64,000 nucleotides of DNA from Vicugna vicugna (Eukaryota). A program made the translations under genes and the position numbers. The notes beneath the pieces were generated by a model, which ran no database searches, was not told where the DNA came from, and was given only the letters and a program-made list of their open reading frames with translations. Positions 1 through 11,885 of the stretch are shown here, one piece after another. The stretch spans positions 5,368,976 to 5,432,975 of the forward strand of contig MU058065.1 in the NCBI GenBank assembly GCA_013265495.1. Direction: 5' to 3'. Each line of letters begins with the position of its first letter. Positions within the stretch are counted from its first letter, which is position 1.

Positions 1-864
1 CAAGTCTGCTTCCTCAAGCCAGGCACTGAGGAGCCAGCACTCCAAGGCAGGCCCCTGTTTTAACTAAACAGACTATCTCAAGCTGCTCTGATCCTCAGCT
101 ACAACACATGGGAGACTATGGCTGTTTCCCCGTCACTACACTTGCCTCCAGACCTATCAATGAATGGCCCTTTTCCCTGCATGACTGCTAATCTGATGAG
201 AAAAAAAATTGCCTTGGCAAAAAGCATGTGTTCCATTTCCTGACCTTGGCAGCTCTAAGCTCGGCAGAACTCTCTGGGAGCCACCATCGAGCAAATCTCT
301 TCCCTCCACTGTGAATTTGTTGAAAAGGAGAAGGAAAAGTTGCAGAAACACTTGCAAGTAAACAGCCTCTGAAATCAACGAAGACAGAGAATTACTCTTG
401 TTCCTAATCCCCTTTTCCTCCCTCACAGCAAGCTGCCAATAACCCTGGCCTGACTCTAACACCTATCGTGACTAATGCTCCCTCTGCCTTTGAAGGGGCA
501 TAATACTGTATATCCCCAGAACCAAGCGGTGAAGGAGGGCTTGAAAATGCACCCTTCCGTTAAGCCTGGCATATTCTAGTTCGTGCGGAGAACCACTCAC
601 TGGTGAGGCTGTGGTTTGCACACTCTTCAGCGAAGTGGTTTTCACAGTCACACAGGAAACTGACATACTGTGTCTGGAATGGCCTGTCTGCACACAGTCA
701 CCCTCTGCAGCTGACTCTGCACTTGGGCACACAAGTCTCACCTCGAGCAACAACATGCCTAGCAAGCAGCGAAGGCATTAGAGGGGCCAAGTAATCAACC
801 CTTTCTGGCATCATTTAATATTTACTCGACATTTACTTGTGTAGCCTGGTAATCAATCCCAAGG

Positions 865-1105
865 ACTCTGTTTCGAATTCCAACCCTGACATTTACTAGC
901 TCTCTGACCTTGAGCAAGACACTTCACTTCTATGCACATCAATTTTCTCAGCTGTAAAAGGAAACTACTTTAGAGAGTTGTGAGATTTCCACGTGTTAAT
1001 ACCTCTAGAGTATTTAGAACAGTGCCTGGCACTTAGTAAATAAATGCTCAACAAATGTTATCATAAGCTAATTTTAATAACTAAGAGCTCAATAAATGTT
1101 AGCTT
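865..1105 (+). mobile_element. MIR SINE
   Basis: MIR core-like 'tgaccttgagcaagacacttcacttc...ctcagctgtaaaa' and 3' 'agaacagtgcctggcacttagtaa...gctcaacaaatgtta'. Confidence 0.8.
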
Positions 1106-1911
1106 TGCCATTATCAGCTATTCTTAATACCTATTAGCTGTTTTTATTCATTCTGGCTGTGTCCACCAAGACCTAGAAGAACCTAAATGGAGTTTCACTC
1201 ACTTGGGCTCCTACTCCAGGCCATCCCAAACGGAGCAGGAAATAGGTGACTACAGACCTGGGAAAGGGGTAATTCTAAATGCCAGCTCTGAAGCTCTGAC
1301 ACCAGTTACCTCCCACCCCGCACTCCACAAGCCCTTAAGGCACTGGCTGGTGACACGACCCCCACCCCCACCTTGGGCCCTCTTCTTCTACTTCTGTGTC
1401 CTAGGTCACTTTCTCCATTCTTATTCTTCTAAATTCTTACCGTCTTTGCTCTCTTCTTTTAATACCTATACCGACCATAGGGCTCAGGGCTTCGTTAGCA
1501 GCCTTGCTCAGTATCATGGGCTGAGATTTCTTTTCCATGGACAGTGGGCACACCAGTTCTTTCAGAGCGGTGCTGTTCACTGCTCAAGTGTTGGTCGGCT
1601 TCCCCTCACTGCTGCACAGATTGTGCAGCGTCAGTGCAAATATGCCAAAAGGAAATTCTTCAGACATTTTCTGATTATTTCGAAAAAATATTCACAAGGT
1701 ACATTTAAAGTTGCTTTTGAATTTTTGAAACAAATCCCTGTTATCTCACCCCATATTTTCCCGTATCACAGAGCAACGCAGGAGCAGTAGGCCAGGACTG
1801 GAGAGACCGGCCTCCAGCAGCACCGCTGACTCTTACTCATCATGTGACCTTGAACAAGAGAATTTCAGGATTCCCATCCAGCAAAAACACAGAGAAAAAT
1901 GCCTGAGTCTA

Positions 1912-2191
1912 CTTTTTTTTTAATTGAAGTATAATTGATTTACAATGTTGTGTTTGTTTCTGGTGTACAGCACAGTGATTCAGTTATACATACATACATA
2001 TAGATTCTTTTTCATTATAGATTATTACAAGATATTGAATGTAATTCCCTGTGCTATACAGTAGGACCTTGTTGTTTATCTATTTTATATACAGCAGTTT
2101 AATCCAAAATTCCTAATTTATCCCTGCCCATTCCAATTCCCCTTTGGTAAACATGTTTGTTTTCTATGAACCGTAAGTTTGTTTTCCATGT
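1912..2191 (-). mobile_element. 5'-truncated L1 3' end inserted in a MIR fragment
   Basis: T-run then 'aattgaagtataattgatttacaatgttgtg...ccctgtgctatacagtaggaccttgttg' (laurasiatherian L1 3' UTR, antisense); direct repeat tgcctgagtcta at 1900-1911 and 2192-2203 (TSD). Confidence 0.85.
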
Positions 2192-2349
2192 TGCCTGAGT
2201 CTATCTTTTTGGGTGTTATAAGGATCCAGTGAGATGATATATATGAAAGTGTTTTGAAAATTATAAAATGCTTTACTAACATAAAACAATATATTATGAC
2301 ACACCTTATTATGAGTCCTGGAAAGCTGAGAACAGAGAAAGAATTTAAC

Positions 2350-2510
2350 AAGAAGTCAAAGGCTGGAATTCAAGTTTCAAATCTGTCACAAATCACCCCT
2401 GTAAGTTTGGACAAATAAGTTCCCCTCTCTGGTCCTCAGCTTTCTCATCTGTAAATGAGACAGTTGGATTGGAAGATCTCTAGGGTCCCTCTCATGCCAA
2501 CAGTCTATGA
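2350..2510 (+). mobile_element. MIR SINE
   Basis: 'cctctctggtcctcagctttctcatctgtaaatgagacagttggattggaagatctctagggtccc' MIR core and 3' end. Confidence 0.8.
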
Positions 2511-2855
2511 GTCCAAGCAAAACAAAGAGAAGAAAACTAATGTAAAATGGATATGTGTAAAAAATTTTAGACTAAATTTTAAAGTAACAATAATAAAGAA
2601 AATGCAAAAACTCAGAAGTGACTGTAAAGGGTTGGTGAGGGCAGACATGGTTTACTGATCATGATACCCTTTCCCAAAACCCAGACATGCCTTCATAGCC
2701 TGCTTTGCCATTAACAACGAATAGTTTTTGCAATGCATTGTCTTAAGAAGATTTTAAGACAAATCATTTACAAAGATTTCTCGTTGCAAGTAGAATAATT
2801 ATAGAATTTTGCCTAGTCTCATGCCAGCAAGTGTCTATGGACAAGCAAGTACATG

Positions 2856-2908
2856 CACATACACACACACACACACACTCACACACACACACACACATAC
2901 ACACACAC
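2856..2908. repeat. imperfect (CA)n microsatellite
   Basis: Direct CA run with two or three interruptions. Confidence 0.95.
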
Positions 2909-3075
2909 TTCACTGATACTTAGGCCAACTCCAAGAAACAGCCTGGCTGCTTTGCTGTGTGGGAGTCAATGCCTCTACAAATATGCATTCCATAAAATTC
3001 TAAAACCTCTTTTGATAGTTGAGGAAACTGAGATACTAAGAGAGTAAAATGAATTGTCAAAAGTCGACAGCTATT

Positions 3076-3513
3076 TTATTTGCAGCAACATGGATGGACC
3101 TGGAGATCATAATTCTACGTGAAGCAAGCCAGAAAGAGGAAGAAAAATACTGTATGATACCACTTATATGTGGAATCTAAAATAAGATACAAATGAACTT
3201 ATTTACAAAACAGAAACAGACTCACAGACATAGAAAACAAAGTTAGGTTACCAGTGGGGGAAAGGGATGGGAAGGGATAAATTTAGAGTTCAAGATGTGC
3301 AGGTACTAACTACTATATAGAAAATAGATAAACAACAAGTTTCTATTGTCTAGCACAGGGAACTCTATTCAATATCTTGTAGTAACTGATAATGAAAAAG
3401 AGTATGAAAATGAACATACGTATGTATGTGTATGACCGAAACATTATGCTGTACATCAGAAATTGATGTAACATTGTAAACTGACTATACTTCAACAAAA
3501 AATGGAAAAAAAT
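3076..3513 (+). mobile_element. L1 3' end (end of ORF2 plus 3' UTR)
   Basis: 'tttgcagcaacatggatggacctggagatcataattcta...cacttatatgtggaatctaaaa...gactcacagacatagaaaacaa...cattgtaaactgactatacttcaa' followed by an A-rich tail. Confidence 0.9.
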
Positions 3514-4979
3514 AAGTCAGTGGCATTGAGTAACCAAGAAGGCAAGTCACCTGATCTGGTTATAGCCTTTGTTCTACGTTGATACTTTCTTGACCCTGAC
3601 ATTAAAATCTATCATAAGGTTCCAAAATCTTATCCACTGGTGTCCTTCCAAACTGGGCTTTTCTCACAGTTTTGTTTTTCTTCAAAGAAACCGAAGATCA
3701 CTCTGCACAAAGTCTCTTTGTGTCAAAATCCTTCTGGTACCATCCTGATTGGTGAGGTTGCTAGCTGTTAACTTCTACACGTATAAACACATGCTTTGTC
3801 TCCTACACACCAGGCACTGGCTCACAATTCTATGTTTAAATCCCTTCTTAATTGAACTATAGACATAAATTCAACCCTCAGCTTGTTATTGTAATACTAA
3901 TTGTAACAATTAACCCATAGCTATTTTCATCACTAACATAATTATTAAATAATAACTTCTGTGTTCATTAACATAATAAGTCTCATTAATTGCATGCCAT
4001 ATCACAATGAAATTAACCTACAAAGATCAGGCAGAAAACAGGATGTAAGCAGAATCAGAGATTCTCTCTGGAGCGGCCTGGGCAAATTTTCAAAAAATTG
4101 GACTTCAGAAGGTGGAGGCAGAGATTTAGGGGCAGGGGAGCTGCAGCATCATAATTATAGCAACATCAATTAGAGCAATGAACATACAAAAAAAAGGTTC
4201 ATGAAGGACTGGGAAAAATAAGATGTTAGAGAAATAATACTAAAAAGGAGTTTAGGAATGATCATAAAACCAAGGCTTTGATCTTCAGAAGGAAGAGAAT
4301 GAATGAGAGAAAATTCTCTCCCCTCCCAGCCACTTAAGTTCCCAGATTCACAAAGCAGTGGTTAACTGGTAACTCCCTTGTGCTGATACCAGTGTCCTTA
4401 GGTTCAGTCAGTGGCCACTTACCTTTCTATGTATTCCCCTTTAATTACTTTCCCTCCCACCTTCACCTTCACCCATTATTAACTTACCTCCCTAATCACC
4501 CTGCCACAACCCCCATTTGCCTACAAAACCTCTCTACAATCTTAGCCCACTGCATCTCTCTCTTGGGTTTTTGCTCTTCCTTTTCCCACCTCTCCGTGGC
4601 CACGCTTGCATACATCAGTTTGCTCTTTTGTCCCTTTGATGATAGGCTAGACTTGCCACTTGGCCCCCCAGGGCCCCTTATTTTCACCCTGAAGCTCAGT
4701 TGCAATACCTAAGGTTCCTGAGTACATATACCTGCGTGCTCTGAAAGATGGTAGTCTTGGGGTTAAATATGATGGGACCCTGAATGCCCCCCAGAACCAC
4801 TGTCACCACCCCTGCTCAAAAAATGTCAGTGGTTCCTCATGGCACCCAGAATAAGTTCCAAACTCTTCAGCCTGTCTGTCAGAGCTCTCTACAGCTCATT
4901 CCAAAACAATCTGACCTCCACCTACACCACCCACCTCGAGTGGTCAAGTTTCTCCTGAAAGGTAGGACAGGGGATTAAA

Positions 4980-5910
4980 TTGACATTGTACATTCTTTTA
5001 ATTATCTTTTTTTTTTTATTTCTAGAAGTTCTACTTCCTTCTGCTCCTAATCGGTTGGTCATTTTGAATGGTCTCTTGCTCCTTACTCATACTTTTAATT
5101 TACTCTTTTTTTTAAAAAATGATAAAGCATGGCTACTTTCTATTCTGTATCCAGTAGTTCCTTTATCTGAAGTCTTTCTGGGACAGCTTCTGCTATTTGT
5201 TGTTTGTTCTGACTCTCACTCATGGTGCCTTAGTCCCTCATGTGTTTTCTTATTTGTTTACCTATTACTGTGTGAGTTCATGTCCTTTGACTTTAAATGT
5301 GTTGAGTGTTTCTTCTTTCAGAGAGGATAAAGATTTGCTGCGGCCAGGTACTTGGGGTACTACCAACTTGAAACTACTTGAAACTAAATTCTTGAAGTCT
5401 CCATACCTTGCACATTGTGTGAATCTAGACCCCAAATCTGCAAGTGAGCTAGATTTGTGTTAGGACTCCTCAGGGGAGATTTTTTTTTCCTTACCCGGAA
5501 TCAAAGACTGAGACAGCAAGTGTCTTTGTTGTCTCCCTTTGTGTGCCTTGTTTTTCTATGTCACCCTCTCAGTAAGGATGTTGTCCTCAAGAGTCCCAGT
5601 TTTGTAGGGGTGTGAGGGACGGTATAATTCAACACTCCACTTTGCATTGGCCCAAGGCTTTGTATCCTGTTCCCCTCAGTGGTCACCAGAGAGTAAAAGA
5701 TTCCTTAGGGCATCTGCCAGCTTCAGGGCACTCTTAGCTACCTGGGTTTATTTTTCTTCTTTGTTTGATGTATCTGAAAATTACCCTTACTTTCTTTCCA
5801 GTTCAGCCATGCATTTAGAGTGGCTTATTTCTATTCCATGCAGCAATTTTGGCTATTTTGTAGCAGGATTTCAGGATGTCCAATTCACCTTATTGCAAAA
5901 AATGGAAAAT
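4980..5910 (-). mobile_element. old, highly diverged L1 fragment(s) (L1M-type)
   Basis: T-rich antisense L1-like composition and motifs; subfamily not assignable by eye. Confidence 0.45.
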
Positions 5911-6070
5911 CCACAATCTGTAATCTCTTTCAGCACTGTTTCTTGCCTTTAGAACTTCGATATAATCATAGTAATTTTGCTTCTGAAATGAACAACTAAA
6001 CATTCCGGGACAACACTTCACTAATATCCTAGAACCAAGGAACTCTGAGTCTCATTTCAGTACTCTAGGC

Positions 6071-6409
6071 CAGAGACCGCGAACTTTTCTGTAACATTCC
6101 AGGTGGTAAACATGTTTGGCTGTGTGGGCCCTATAGTGTGTCATAATTACTCAACTCTGCCATTGTAGCAGGAAGACAGCCATAAACAATACATAAACCC
6201 ATGAGCATGGGTGGATTCCAATACAACTTCATTTCTGGACACTGGAATTTGAATTGCATATTGAATTTCATATCCATTCAGGCCATGAAACGTTATTCTT
6301 TAAAAAAAATTTTTTTTCAGTCATTTAAAAAGTAAACGGTTGGCTCAAGGGCCATGCGAAAACAGGTGGCCCGTTGGACCTGGCATGTGGTCCGGCTTAC
6401 TGATCCCTG
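6071..6409. mobile_element. MER58B-like hAT-Charlie MITE
   Basis: 'cagagaccgcgaacttttctgtaa...actcaactctgccattgtagc...ttactgatccctg'; flanked by ctctaggc (6063-6070) and ctccagac (6410-6417). Confidence 0.8.
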
Positions 6410-6417
6410 CTCCAGAC

Positions 6418-6595
6418 CATGGTTCTCAATCAAGGTAAACATCAGAATCATCTGTGCAACTCTGTAAAACCAGAGGTGCTCAGGCATCTCCTCAAACCTA
6501 CAGAATAAAAATTTCTGGCAGCAGAGTCCAAGATTATAATTTTTTTTTAAGTTCCAGAGATGATTCTGATAAGCACCCCTAATTCAGACAGGGTG
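6418..6595. mobile_element. MER5A-like hAT-Charlie MITE
   Basis: 'catggttctcaa...catcagaatcatctg...ccagagatgattctgat' internally palindromic MER5 motifs. Confidence 0.75.
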
Positions 6596-6799
6596 CTCTA
6601 GATTTTGCTCTTTCTAGATCTTCCTGGGGCTCTCCACATCCTTCAGGCTACTGTCCACAATTACCCCCATTTCTTTTACTCCAAAGCAAGTAGCATAATT
6701 GTCTAGTCAAAATAAACTCCCACAAGGCAAAAATAAATACACAAATAAAAGTGACTGATCCCAATGGTTTTTGATATATTTCTTATGAAAAATACCTAA

Positions 6800-7800
6800 A
6801 ACCTGCAATTTAAGAATTTTGATATATAATCGACAAGACGTCACAAATCAGAAGAGAGGAATTCAGTCAACAAAATAGATTTGCAATTTGGAAACAAGAA
6901 GAATTCACATCCATTTGTCACCCCACACACCAAAACATACGCCAGGTGCACTAAAGAGTAAAATGTAAAAGGACTAAGCCACAGAAAGAAACAAAAAGGC
7001 AATCAAACTGAGTATCTGTCAAACTTCTGGAGCAAAGAGGAATTTCTAAGCTTAAAAGCTTAGAAAAAGCCAAAAAGACAAACTATGTAGATTTAACTGC
7101 ATAAAAATCTTAAGCTTCTGTATATAGCAAGATAAAATAACTGAAATAAAGAGTAAACTGAGAAATAAATATGCATAATTAAGGAAGTACAACTAGTTGA
7201 CAAAATATGGAAAAAAAGAGCCTGAGTCATAATCAAAAGAAATGCAAGGTAATCCAAAATCCCATTTGCTATCTTCAAATTAACCAACAGTTTTCAAATA
7301 TGAAGCAAGACTCACGGCGGCTGGAGTGTATGAAACACATGCACACACTGCAAATCTGCAGTCTGGAATGGCAGAAAAACACGCATTTAGGTAAGAGTTT
7401 CAAGCCAGATTCCTCCTCTGGCTAGTTGCATAACCTCTCCAAAAACCTGGAGTCAACTGATAGGTCTAAAAGAGAGAACTGGTTCAGCAAACTATAATAT
7501 GTTTACTTAATAACAGATTATGAGGCCATTAAACATTATGTTTACAAATACCATAAAATAACATGGATAAAGGTTACGATATATTAGGTGGAAAAGGCAG
7601 GATATAAAATTGCATAAATACTGTAGTTACAATGACATAAATCTTAAATAAACCGATTAAGAACAGGGAAAAGGTTAAAAGAAACCCACAAAGACTGTAA
7701 CAATGTTTGTGTGGGTGGTGTATGTTGGTGATTTTTTTTTTCAGATTCTGTTTAATAAGACTGCATTATATTTACAGTGAGAAATAACCTTTTAAAAAGA
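6800..7800 (+). mobile_element. old L1 (L1ME-like) fragment
   Basis: A-rich, with degenerate ORF2-end/3' UTR motifs ('atttaactgcataaaaatcttaagcttctgtatatagcaa', 'aaagaaatgcaa...ccatttg'). Confidence 0.55.
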
Positions 7801-8563
7801 GAAATTGTTGTTTGAAAACTGCAGTGTGGCAGACTGGTCGACAGGAAATGGTAACGTTTCGGAACCATATTCTGAAATTTTACTATAAAAACCTCGATTA
7901 ACAAACGTGAATAGTTCACGCGGCAAAATCCCAGAGCACAAAGCCGAGAATTAAGTTTTAACTCTGCCCTGTGTTTTCTTTACACTTGTTATATCATTAA
8001 GACTATAAAGTAAATAGCTACTGTTCTCACTGATAACTAAGTGGAGCCTAATTGTGTGGTTTTAGTCTCAATTAAAATTGCTGAAAATGTGAAAGCCTTT
8101 CCAACAGTCTCACAGATAAATGACACTTTAAATTCACAGCCTTCGATTGGGAACTCTTTAAGATTTCCTTAGCTCTCTGGAAATCTCTGCGTAGAGATCT
8201 TACAAGCTTCAGATATTTTTGTGACATTTAAATTTACCCTTCTGCTTTGTCTGACCTTGATACAATCTCCCTAACTGTTAAAGGACATTTGAATTTCAAG
8301 ACAATATGCAGTTCTTTAAATGACAATGGCACGTAATTTAAGCATTCAACCCTCATCTGCCACATGCCTTTTGTCTTCCATCAAGCTCCTAAGAGTGTGT
8401 TTCAATTCACAGTGATTTCTATGAGGAATCAGCAAATCACAAACAAGATCTCCCCCAAAATGCTCCATGGATTCCCATGTTCTCCCCACCTTACTTTCTT
8501 TGTGCTTTTGAAACTGTTTGCTAGAATACAGGAGAAGCAACTGTCCATAAGTGAAAAACAGCA

Positions 8564-8920
8564 TTTTTTTAAATTGAAGTATAGTTGACTTATAATGTTT
8601 CAAGTGTATAGCAAAATGATTCAGCTACACATACATAAATATGTATTCTTTTTCATATTCTTTTCCATTATAGGTTATTACAAGATATTGAATATAGTTT
8701 CCTGTGCTATACAGTAGGTCCTTTTTGTTTCTTTATTTTATATACAGTAGTATGTATTTGTTAATCCTAAATTCCAAATTCATCCCTCCCCCACCCCCTT
8801 TTCCCCTTTGGTTAATCATAAGCTTGTTTTCTGTGTCTGTGAGTCTATTTCTGTTTTGTAAATAAATTCATTTGTATCATTTTTTTAAGATTCCACATGT
8901 AAGTGATATCATACGATATT
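8564..8920 (-). mobile_element. 5'-truncated L1 3' end
   Basis: 'ttttttttaaattgaagtatagttgact...ccattataggttattacaagatattgaatatag...gattccacatgtaagtgatatcatacgatattt'. Confidence 0.9.
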
Positions 8921-11639
8921 TTTTAACAGAAACATGCACCATCCGCTTTCCTTGTTCCTGCTGCCAACACCAGGACACAGCCTCCTCGTAATGTCTGCCT
9001 TCGAGGAGCTTTCTTTTCTCCAGGTGGCCAAGATGGAAACTGCCTTCAGTGCAGACCCATGGAACAGTGTGACAAACCTCATCTCAAGTCACAGCCAGCT
9101 CTTCCTGGAGACCAGGTTTTAGGGTTTTGCAAAGTGGAGGACCGTCCATTACAGCTGAGCATTTATGCCTTCAAAATGCTCATTTCTTCTTATGAGACAA
9201 TAAAATACTTCCTGCAGCAACAGCAGGTGAGCACAGAAAGCATCTTAAATATCTGACCTGAAGTGCTAAAGATGCTTAATAATCTTTAAAGTTACCAACA
9301 ATACTGTTTCCTCCCGTTACCAGGATGTTGTAAAATGCCCTAATTAGTCTTTATGATAATGCCGACACCTCCACAGCACATAAAAAGGACTTTTAATTTT
9401 TAAAAGGACAACTCTGGTTGGTTTGATTTTTATCTCTAATTGGCCTATAATGTCTATTCCTCTGGCACTCCAGACAGGCAAACATTAATTTAACAAGCAA
9501 CCCATACGCCATGGGAGACCAGAGAATCAAGTGTGGAAAAGAAGGTTCCAGGATTCTGGACGCGTAATTGGCTTCATTCTCTTTTACCTCCTAGAAGGTG
9601 CTAAACAAGCATGTCTGCTGCTCAAGGGTGGGGGGAGGAGCCTCCAAGGCAGCTGCTTCCTGAGGACTCCTGCCCTCCGCCAGTCCCTGCTGTGACACAA
9701 CCAGAACCCAACAAATCCCAAGGACCCATCCCAGCCAGCCCTCTAGGAAAAGCCCCACAGGAGACCCAGCAGGTGTGGTGTGGTGGGCCAGCCAAGAAGC
9801 CAAGGCCAAGTGTCCCCGGTTCTGCACCAAAGGCCCTGTGGTCTTAGACTGGTCATCTATCCACCCGGGCCTGCTTCTTTGACTTTAAATGAAAAGAAGG
9901 ATCTCAAATAATCTCCATAGCCCTTTCCAGCTTTCCCATCCCAAGATTTACTAGTGGGCACAGCTCTGCCAATAGCAGTGGTGATCATTTCCGCTCCCCC
10001 GCCAGCTGGTAATGCAGTGACTGGCTCTGACCACTGGGAGCCGTCAGCTCTTCTACAACATCCAGTCCTGCACCAAACACCCTGACCCAGCCCAGCTCCC
10101 AACCACATTGCCCAGGACACTCTAGACAGGTGCAGAACAGAAGCCAGTGGAGGTGGGATGCACTACAGGGTTGGGGACTGTACCTCCCAGTCAATGCCTA
10201 AGGAAATATATTTTAGCTCTTGGGAGACTGAGCTGAATGAGTCAGATGATCTCACTTCCAACGTGGGAAGCTATACCCGTGAGTTCTCCTAAACCAGAGA
10301 AACATCACCTTTGCACTAAAGGAGAGACAAGACTTTTTTTCTGCACTGAAAATTGGCTTTTCAAGTCATTCCTCTGGATTTTTCTAAGGGTTTGATATGT
10401 GTTTGGGGGCCTCAAGTATACGTGTTGCAGTAGAGACATGGTGGGGCATTGGGGGCGGGGAGAGGAGCACATATTGACCCCAGATGATTCCAGTTGCTGA
10501 CTAATGAAACTCCACTGGCGGCAACACTCCCACCCACCCCCTTTCACGTCCCATTCTCCTCAATGAGCTGCTGGCAAAGACAGCAGGAGCTGAACTGAAT
10601 AACATTGCTGTTGAAAAGCTTTTTTCCTCCAAAACCAAGAAAGCCATGACAATCTTTTATTTATATTTCCAATACTTCAATTTAGAGCCATACGTGTAAT
10701 GGTGCTGCTGGTTCCGCAGCCACCCTCCCTCGCCATGGCGCCACTGCCAGGCATCAGACACAGCTCATCAGCAACCCCGGGGCTGGCGGGGGGGTGCCCA
10801 GCAAGGCCATGGAAGCTGCGGTTTTACTCACACACTGGCTACTAGAAATGAAACTCACTCCTCAAGTGTGACGCTGGTTGGGCTATTGAGAGAGTGGTCC
10901 TCTGGTCGGTCCCACTGAGTATCTGTTAAATCAATCATGCTGTTAAACACATTAACACCACACACAAACATTTTTTTTTTAATTCCAGTTCCATGAAGTC
11001 TGAAACAAAACACAAATAATGTAAAGAAACTTCAAGCCAAATTTTCACTCAAACCTCAACAAGGCCTCCACTCAACTTTTCATCTGTTCTACTCCGTTGA
11101 TACCTTCCCCAACCCCCTCATTCTCTTAGCCCAAACCCTAATTAATTACAGGGTGGGAGGAAGAGAGAAATCTACATGAGACTAGTGGTCGAGACTAAAA
11201 TTTTGGTTTGTACAACTTTGGATGACACTCCAGCTCAACTTTCTCCTGCTGAAAGTTACTTTTTTTCCTTTTCAGGCCATATGGTACCCATCAATCCTAA
11301 CTCTAAATTCACTTCCTTTTGTTCTGTACAAGGTCAGATCTAATCACTGCTTTAAAATAGAATTTAGGATATGTTGATTTGACTTCCCCTCAGTCACAAG
11401 GCTTGAAAAGAAATCATTTCTGTATTTCTCATACAGAAATGTTGACTTGAAGTAACAGAATTAGAAAAGTCTTCCTTGAAAATAAATTGAAGTATTTTGA
11501 GCCATTTGTGGGGTTTTTTGGGAATCCTTAAATTGTGAAAGATCAATTTACATAATCATCATTCACTATCCTTAAAGGCAACTTGGAGGGGGACTGCAAA
11601 GAATCAAATGCTCATTTTGCCTCATGGTTTAGGAGGGGT

Positions 11640-11885
11640 GGCGTGGTGCTCTGGGTAGACTGGGGCTTTGGAGAATCACAGATCTGGGTTTACTTCCCAC
11701 CTCTGCCGTTCACTGTGTGATCTTAGTCAAGTCTCTGAGCCTGAATTTCCTCACTCATAAAATGGGAAGAATAATATCTGATAGGGTTTTTGTGCAGGTT
11801 AAAAAGATGTAGTTATATATGGATATATAAAATACACTACACACAGAATAGAAGAAAATCAACAAATGATACTATTACTGTTATT
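11640..11885 (+). mobile_element. MIR SINE
   Basis: 'ggctttggag...tctgggtt...ctgtgtgatcttagtcaagt...tttcctcactcataaaatgggaagaataata'. Confidence 0.8.

Noticed and set aside
1203..1538. Minus-strand pseudo-exon candidates: 1203-1257 (cccctttcccag...CAA|gtgagt) and ATG 1538 to donor 1466 (MEKKSQPMILSKAANEALSPMVGI|gtatta)
   Set aside because: Short or weak sites, unrecognised peptide, and expected by chance in 64 kb.
1203..1790. 195-aa ORF (longest in the window)
   Set aside because: Starts at TTG, has no recognisable domain and low-complexity Pro/Phe stretches; consistent with a chance ORF.
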